Below are positions 57,871-64,000 of a DNA stretch of 64,000 nucleotides, in pieces (positions within the stretch are counted from its first letter, which is position 1; every line of letters begins with the position of its first letter). The DNA comes from Lama glama (taxonomy: Eukaryota): positions 66,278,001 to 66,342,000 of the forward strand of contig CM052841.1 of assembly GCA_028534125.1 (NCBI GenBank), in the 5' to 3' direction. The translations under genes were made by a program, and so were the position numbers. Under the pieces are notes generated by a model. That model made no database searches. It worked only from the letters and a program-made list of their open reading frames with translations, and had not been told where the DNA came from.

Positions 57871-58759
57871 GTCAGAGCCCTCCCCGGGGCGTGGGGGTCC
57901 TGGGACCTGCCCTGGAAGCCCAGCCCTGACCCTAAGAAGTTCCATCAAGGCTCTCCCAGGGCTGGATGAGACCAAGCCACCTTCCAGTCCACTTGGGCCC
58001 CTAAGGACTGCAGTGTGGTGTCCAAGAGGTCATGGGCCCGGCCACGCTTGCCCCACACCACCACCAGCCCCCACTGCAGCTGGTACCCTGTCCCTTCCTG
58101 AGAGCATCCCCACTCTGCAGCCCCCTCCCCCAGGATACAGGTGACACAGGAGGCAGGACCCGGACTCTGAGGCCACTCCCTATGGCCCCCAAGCCAGTTT
58201 CTCAAGGACTGTAGACAGCTGGGCAAAGCTTGGGCCAACAACCATAGCACCAGTCCTCTGTGGAGGGTACTCCCCAGGCCCCCACCCCTGGCTGCGAGCT
58301 GTGTCCTGACAAGCAGGACTGCCCAGGCCCCACCTCACCAGGGCAGCCTTACTGGTTGGACTGAGTTGCCACCTGCCAGGCTGAGGCAACAGCTCCGGGA
58401 AGGGGCTGCGGGTGGGCGGGCAAGGAGGCAGCCTGACGGGTGCTCCTGGCTCCACCATCCTGAGGCGGCTCCCTTTTGCATAGCCAGCCCTTCCAGTGGG
58501 GTCCTGTACCTCAGCCTCGGGGTTCTCTGCCTCCTAGCCCACGGCTGTCAGTCCAGGCGCTGCTGACCTACAGTGGCAGCATGGTGGCCTGGCCTTCCTG
58601 CAGGCCTCCCAGAGGCCCAACACACCCTCCAAACGCAGTCCCCTGGCCCCTGGTGGGGGGGGCACAGTCTGGGGGCTCGTGCCTGGGCCCTCAATGACCC
58701 AGCACTTCCCCACTTTGCGAACGGAGACTGATGAAGGGAGCTGCCTCAGGGTGTGTTCA

Positions 58760-58885
58760 AGAATTGAAAATGCTGTTTTCTGACCACACTGGAATCAAGC
58801 TGGAAATCAGTTAACAGAAAGACATCTGGAAAATCACTACGGACTTGGAAATTAAACAGCAAACCTTTGAAACAACCCACAGAGT
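58760..58885 (+). mobile_element. LINE-1 ORF2 fragment (end of the endonuclease domain)
   Basis: Translates as FSDHTGIKLEIS, then after a +1 frameshift NRKTSGKSLRTWKLNS; matches the L1 ORF2 SDH...WKLN segment. Confidence 0.7.
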
Positions 58886-59224
58886 GTGAGCACAGAGCTG
58901 GGGTAACGCTGGTGTCGCGGGGACGGGGACTGCTGTTTGGGGCCGGGGCGGGGGAGGGGTGTGTGTGATAAATCTGTGAAAACCAAGGGAAGCAGCTTGC
59001 AAAAGAGCCAAGCTCCTGGGAGAACCGAGTGCTGAGGAAGGTGTAAACCTGGGTGCGTGCTGGGCAGCCTGCTGCGAGCAGGCCCTCAGCCTGAGGGCCA
59101 GAGTGCCAGGCGCTCCTCGTGAAAGGGCAAACCCCTGCTCTTCCCACATGCCTCATGGAGGCCCAGGATGCCGGGGACGCCCCTCCCCTTTACGTGCCGC
59201 CAAGCACCTCAGGAAAGACCAACA

Positions 59225-59423
59225 AGACCCTGCATGGTTTGCTTTTAATTAAAAAAACCAGGACATTTCTTTATTTCTTCCAATATTCTGATCTGCACTT
59301 ATGGACCAGCTGAGCCAGTCACAACATGGTCACTGTCGGCAGAGCCTCCATCATCCTCCTGCGGGGTAGGCACAGGCTCCCAGTCCTGCCGGCAGCAGCG
59401 GTGGATGTCTGGCCCGGGCAGTC
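59225..59423 (-). other. SNAPC4: Probable SNAPC4 untranslated terminal exon with poly(A) signals
   Basis: Acceptor gtgttccag|GACTG at 59423; AATAAA on - at 59270-59275 and ATTAAA on - at 59244-59249; upstream donor GTGAGT at 60222-60227. Confidence 0.55.
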
Positions 59424-59749
59424 CTGGAACACGACCACACTGAGGGCAGGGCACCCTGACCCTCCTTGGACCCCACGGTGCCACAGTGGAGGGACAGCAC
59501 TCTGCTCCGTGGTCCATGGAAGGGTTGCAGCAAGGTCTCGCCGCCCACTTGTGGTCCATGGAGGGGGCTGTGCTGGCAGGCCCTGGAGCCGAAGCAGGCT
59601 CTAAATGGGCTCACCCCAGAGATCCCCTCTGTGGCCCCCCCAGCCCAGGGCTCACTGCTCCCTCTCCACCTACTCCAAGATGCAGAGCTCTCAGCACAAC
59701 CCCCTCAACGCTCAGAGGACCCAACTCTTGCCTCTAGGAATGTCCTCCC

Positions 59750-60120
59750 GGGGCCTATTCGGTGCCTGCTACCCAGGCACTGTGCACCCAGCAGCCGAGA
59801 GCCAAGGGCCTGCCCTTAGAGGCTCACATTCATGGGGAAGACAGTGAACAAATTCACCATAGACCATGCAGGGGGTCAGGGTGGGGCAAGTGCCGTGGGA
59901 ACAGATGGGCCCTAGGACAGCGATGCTACCTCAGGGCGGTCGGGGAGGGCGTGTCTGAGGAACCAACCACTGAGCAGACCAGAATGGAGAGATGGACAAG
60001 CCTTGGAGACAGACAGGAAGGAGAGTGCGAGGCAGAGGGACAGCAGTGCAAAGGCCCTGAGGCACACGTCACCGACAGGAAGGAAGCACTAGTGGCTGGG
60101 TAGTGGAGCCAGTGGGGTGT
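59750..60120 (-). mobile_element. LINE-2 fragment
   Basis: gtgcctgctacccaggcactgtgc, ggctcacattcatggggaagacag and cagcagtgcaaaggccctgaggca are L2-like segments. Confidence 0.5.
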
Positions 60121-60235
60121 GGGTCCCATCTATGCCCACACCCACCCTGTGACACTGCCACACTGAGGTGAGCCCTGAGGCTCCCACATGCCCAGGGCAG
60201 AGCCGAAGGAAGACCCCTGGCACTCACCCCGCCAC

Positions 60236-60352
60236 TCATACCAGCTTCCTCCGCTTTCGGGCGTGCCGGGCATGCCGGGTCCTGAGTACGTCAAGGTCGT
60301 CAGAGCTGTCCAGACAGGAGGGGGCAGAGCCCTGGCCCTGGTCTGGGACTCC
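60236..60352 (-). CDS. SNAPC4: SNAPC4 last coding exon
   Basis: tttcag|GVPDQGQGSAPSCLDSSDDLDVLRTRHARHARKRRKLV, TGA at 60236-60238. Confidence 0.9.
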   Translation of the reverse strand, partial: GVPDQGQGSAPSCLDSSDDLDVLRTRHARHARKRRKLV

Positions 60353-63300
60353 CTGAAACAAAGTCCAGGCAGAGGGGGACAAAAGTGACCCTCTAGCCAG
60401 TACAGGCAGGGGCCAGGGTGGCAGTGGGGAGCAGGGAGGAGCCTTTGGAACCAGGACAGGCAGCTCCTCAGACTCATCCTGGCTGGGAACGAGCAGCTCT
60501 TCAGGTGAGCCAAGGCCCCAGCAGCGGGAGCCACTCCAGGCTGGGCCTGGTGACAGCGACACACCCAAGGGTGTGACAGAGAAGGATGGGAGAAGCACTG
60601 CCTTACGGAGCCACAAGTGGGCTCTGGCTTTCTGCTGACCCCTCCCTGACTTGGGGGCTCCAATCCCCTCTGAGCAACCCCCCAATAGCTAGCCTGTCAC
60701 GGTTCCCCTGAGCAGGGCCAGCAGGGCTTGGGCCAAGGTGGGTAGGTGCTGGAGGCTGCCCAGGCCGTGGGGCACAGGGAGCCTCTTCCCCTCGGGACCT
60801 GGGCTCCTGTTGTGCTTCCACTTTGCTCCAGCCCAGAAGGCAGCCCTGGGGCTCCTGAGGCAATGGTCTTGGGGAGGGCAGTATGGCCCCTGCCTCCCTA
60901 TCCTCCTGGTAACACATAGAGGGGAGCCCCAGGCTCAACAGGTCCAGTGCCACAGACACCCCAAGTGAACAGGAGGGACAGCTCCTGGGGGTTCTCCAGG
61001 AGGGTCACTACATACTCCCCAGACAACACTGGCCAAGTCCTGGGCGACCTCCCTGATTTGGTAGTCGCGAGGTGACCCGGCCGTCCTGCTTGGCCCAGAC
61101 AACAGGGGCCAGGGGTTCCCTGGTGCACACAGCCCCAGGGGGCTAGAGGACACCTTCCCATGCATCTGTTATCAGGTTTCTTGTCAGTCAACAGGGACAC
61201 AATCCCCCTTCTGTAGCTTAGAAGACTTGGCAGACAGAGCCAGGTTCGGCACCTGGAAGGACTGTGGTGTCTGTGAAGTGCAGGTATCCATGTAGCCCCC
61301 ACAAGAGTGTGTGTGTGTATGTGTGTGGGCACAACGCATGTATGCATGGCAGGGCGCAGAAACCCACGGCGGCCCCAGGCGGGCAGAAGCAATGTCCCTG
61401 CTGCAGAGAATCCGCCCGCCACTGGGCACCTTGGAGCAGCCTCTTCCTCTTCAGAAACCAGCTAGCCAGCCCTCCTGGCCGCGACTTCCACCTGCTCCCA
61501 CCCGCAGGTGCTTGGGGTGGCAAGACAGCCACAGGTGGGTGGGGTGCTGTGGGGGCTGCAGCTGCTGCAGGGAGGTGGGGTGAGGGCTCCGCACCCAGGA
61601 CCACCTACCTGGGCGGGGCTGGCGTGGACACTGCTCGCCCAGCCCCTCTGCTGCCCACTGTCGTCCTTGTGGACGTCATCGTCGTCACTCTCAGGCTCAG
61701 CCCTCACGGCTGCTGACAAGGTGGTGGGGACACTGGGCGGGGACAGGGTGGCCAGGAGCGCGGGGAGGGTGAAGGCCGCCAGGAACCGCGCCTTCAGCAG
61801 CAGGTGGGCCGGGCTGTCCTGGAGCCGCTCCCGCGCCTGCTGCAGCGAGGCCTGCAGGGCTCCGGCTGCCCTGCCGGGCACAAGGGCAGCGGCTCGCTGT
61901 TCTAGGTCCTTCTTGCGGAGCAGGAGGCCAGACAGCACCCGCAAGCTGCACAGGGTTGGGGGCTGGTAGGGCAGCCTGCTCCCCAGTGGGGGCACACACA
62001 CCCCACACCGTCCCCTCAGCCACTCCCTCACGGCTGCCTCGCTCTCCTGGGAGAGAAGGCCCAGGTCCAGGGCACCCTTCTCAGGCCCAGGCTGAGGCCT
62101 CCTGGGCTCCCCGGGCCCTGGTGTCTCTCCTGGGCCACTGCCACCTGACAGAGGCAGCTGGCTAGACTGGAAGGGCTCTGCTTCAGGGTGGTGAGCCAGC
62201 AGCATGGCCTGGGAGAATGTCCTGGGCACAGCTGTCTCCCCGGCTACCTGGACCTCTGTGGGGGAGGAGAGTCCCTCTGGGTCCTGGGCCCTGGTGCCGT
62301 CCACCTCTGTAGGGCTTTGGGATGTGGAGGGCCTCCGAAGGGTCAAGAGGTCTGTCCCTGAGGGAGGGTCTGACGCTGTGTCCATGTTGGCTGGGGGCTG
62401 CCCAGGGAGTCCAGGGCCCTGGGCTGCAGGAGGCTCAGTTAGGGAGGGCGGCGGAGTCACCGACAGCCCTCTGGGGTCAGGGGTCCCTGCTGACGTCGGA
62501 AGGCCTACCACAGCTGGCACAGGCACAGGGAGCAGCCCCTGGGCTGTGAGCACCCAGGTGACAGGCAGAGGGGTGCTGGCCCCGTGTGTGCCCAGAGCCG
62601 GAATCAGGCTGAGAGGCTGGGCAGGCAGCTGAGCAGGGCTGGGGGCTGCAGGGAGAAAGGGAGGTGCCTCGGGCAGGCCCTGCTTCCGGGACGTGGCAGG
62701 CACCTGAGACTGTCCGAGGAGGCTCAGGTGGTGGCTCACAGGGCCCTGGCTGGGGCCCAGAACTGGGGCCCTGGATGCAGCTGGGGTCATTCTGGCTCCC
62801 GTGGAGGCTGGGGTGAGGGCAAAGGCTTGCAGAGACAGGGGTCTCTCATCCGAGGCTGAGGCCCAGGAGCCTGGAGCACTCAGACTGGCCACTGCAGGGC
62901 CCCCGGGCCCAGAGAGCACTGCATTTGACACAGGGGGGCCTTGAGGGGCCAGCGGCTGGAGGACCACGGGTGAGGAGACCAGCACCTGGGGCGGGAGAAC
63001 CACCCGGCTCTGGGCAGCCTTCCTGGCTCGGGCCTCCCGCAGCCGCTTCTCCCGAAGCAGCTCAGACACAGTTTTGGGCTTGGGCCGGGGTCCGCTCAGA
63101 GCTGGCGGGGGCACCCGTGGAGTGGGCTTGGCGTGGTGAGGCTGCAGCACTGCACCCTCTTCATGGCTGGCACTCTTCTTTGCAGCTCCGCGAGCTGGCA
63201 CATTCTGCAAGAGGCAGCCTGCAGGGAGGATGGAACACATGCTGACAAACCCCAGGTGACTGGCCCAGAAACAGGACTTGCCTCGTATCCTGGTGGAAGG

Positions 63301-63902
63301 ACCCTCATGGTGGGCAGCTGCTGGGAGCGTGGAAGCAGAAGCCTGGCATCTGGGCCAACAGGGGCACATCAGTCTGGCTGCACATTTCCAAATCTCCCGT
63401 CCCACGGCACCCCAAGCTCACAGTGGGCACTGGGCAGCCCAGCCGGGGGCGTTCGGCCAAGGCAGGCACTGAGCAAGGCCCTGTATGTCAGCCCCACTTC
63501 TGGAGAATCTTCTAAACAAGGTCTGTTGGCCCCACTGCTCTCCCCTCTAGCATCACCTCTCAGACCCCAGACCCTGAGCCTGCCGGTGGGGAGACTGGTG
63601 GCCACCAGCAGGAGAGGCCCCTTGGCAAGAGGGCAGCCCTTCACCTCCTGGGCCATGGCCGGGGCAGGCGGACTTGCTGTGCTAGGAGTGCCCCCCCAAC
63701 CCCCGCCAGCCAGGCCCTCCAGGCGGCCCTCCCTGGCGTGGGATCCAAACAGACCCACCACGAGGGGCCACAGTTGTGCTGCTCAGAGCCAAAATTCAGA
63801 GCCTGTGACAGGTATGGCCTTTTTCCCACTGGACACAAACAACCAAGATAAACGGAGAGACAGACAGACAGTACCTTGGGTGTTCTGGGCACTCGAGGGC
63901 AT
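60236..63902 (-). CDS. SNAPC4: snRNA-activating protein complex subunit 4 (SNAP190), 3' part; the gene continues beyond the window end
   Basis: Exons 63875-63902, 61609-63218, 60236-60352, phases match. Motifs GPRPKPKTVSELLREKRL, LPVTWVLTAQGLL, RLPYQPPTLCSLR, LLLKARFLAAFTLPALLATL; C-terminus DDLDVLRTRHARHARKRRKLV*. Confidence 0.93.
61609..63218 (-). CDS. SNAPC4: SNAPC4 large exon (1610 nt)
   Basis: ccctgcag|GC TGC CTC...; ...CCC GCC CAG|GTAGGT; lies within ORF 61462..63405. Confidence 0.9.
63875..63902 (-). CDS. SNAPC4: SNAPC4 28-nt microexon
   Basis: cttcttttccag|ATG CCC TCG AGT GCC CAG AAC ACC CAA G|GTACTG; phase 1 matches the next exon. Confidence 0.7.
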
Positions 63903-64000
63903 CTGGAAAAGAAGGGTTAGCACCTCAGGACAGTCCCCAGAGGCCCAGATCCACTTCTCTACCCTCAGAAGACCATCTCTCACTTCTTGCCTGCAGTGAG

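Noticed and set aside
61462-63405. 647-aa single-exon gene
   Set aside because: This is the large SNAPC4 exon (61609-63218) plus open intronic flanks.
1-64000. A wholly novel multi-gene system, CRISPR array or prokaryote-like operon
   Set aside because: The sequence is intron-exon mammalian DNA explained by four known syntenic genes plus repeats. I saw no repeat-spacer array, foreign-composition island or unexplained protein-like long ORF.

Overview
GC-rich mammalian genomic DNA, probably camelid judging from a young tRNA-derived SINE at 32767-32916 (family recalled from memory, not searched). The window holds the syntenic block GPSM1 (AGS3; + strand, 14 coding exons, 673 aa), DNLZ (HEP/Tim15 homologue; - strand, 3 exons, 168 aa), CARD9 (- strand, 1 non-coding + 12 coding exons, 539 aa) and the 3' end of SNAPC4 (- strand). 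All exons were rebuilt by hand from GT-AG boundaries; phases are consistent and reading frames intact. The first ~15 kb shows no recognisable coding exon, only MaLR LTRs, a MIR remnant, a CA repeat and candidate RFX/FOX/CTCF sites. I found no evidence of a wholly new biological system. The best leads are: (1) a modular GPSM1 isoform architecture, with an alternative coding first exon, an intron-9 poly(A) signal giving a TPR-only protein, and an intron-11 promoter giving a GoLoco-only protein whose AUG-less leader is open in frame; (2) interdigitated GPSM1/DNLZ poly(A) signals; (3) the CARD9 3' end lying inside the DNLZ promoter, with phase-compatible read-through and a YY1-motif uORF; (4) an apparent ~9-aa deletion in DNLZ; and (5) a possible in-frame cassette exon in CARD9. 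All comparisons with human proteins are from recall and need alignment.
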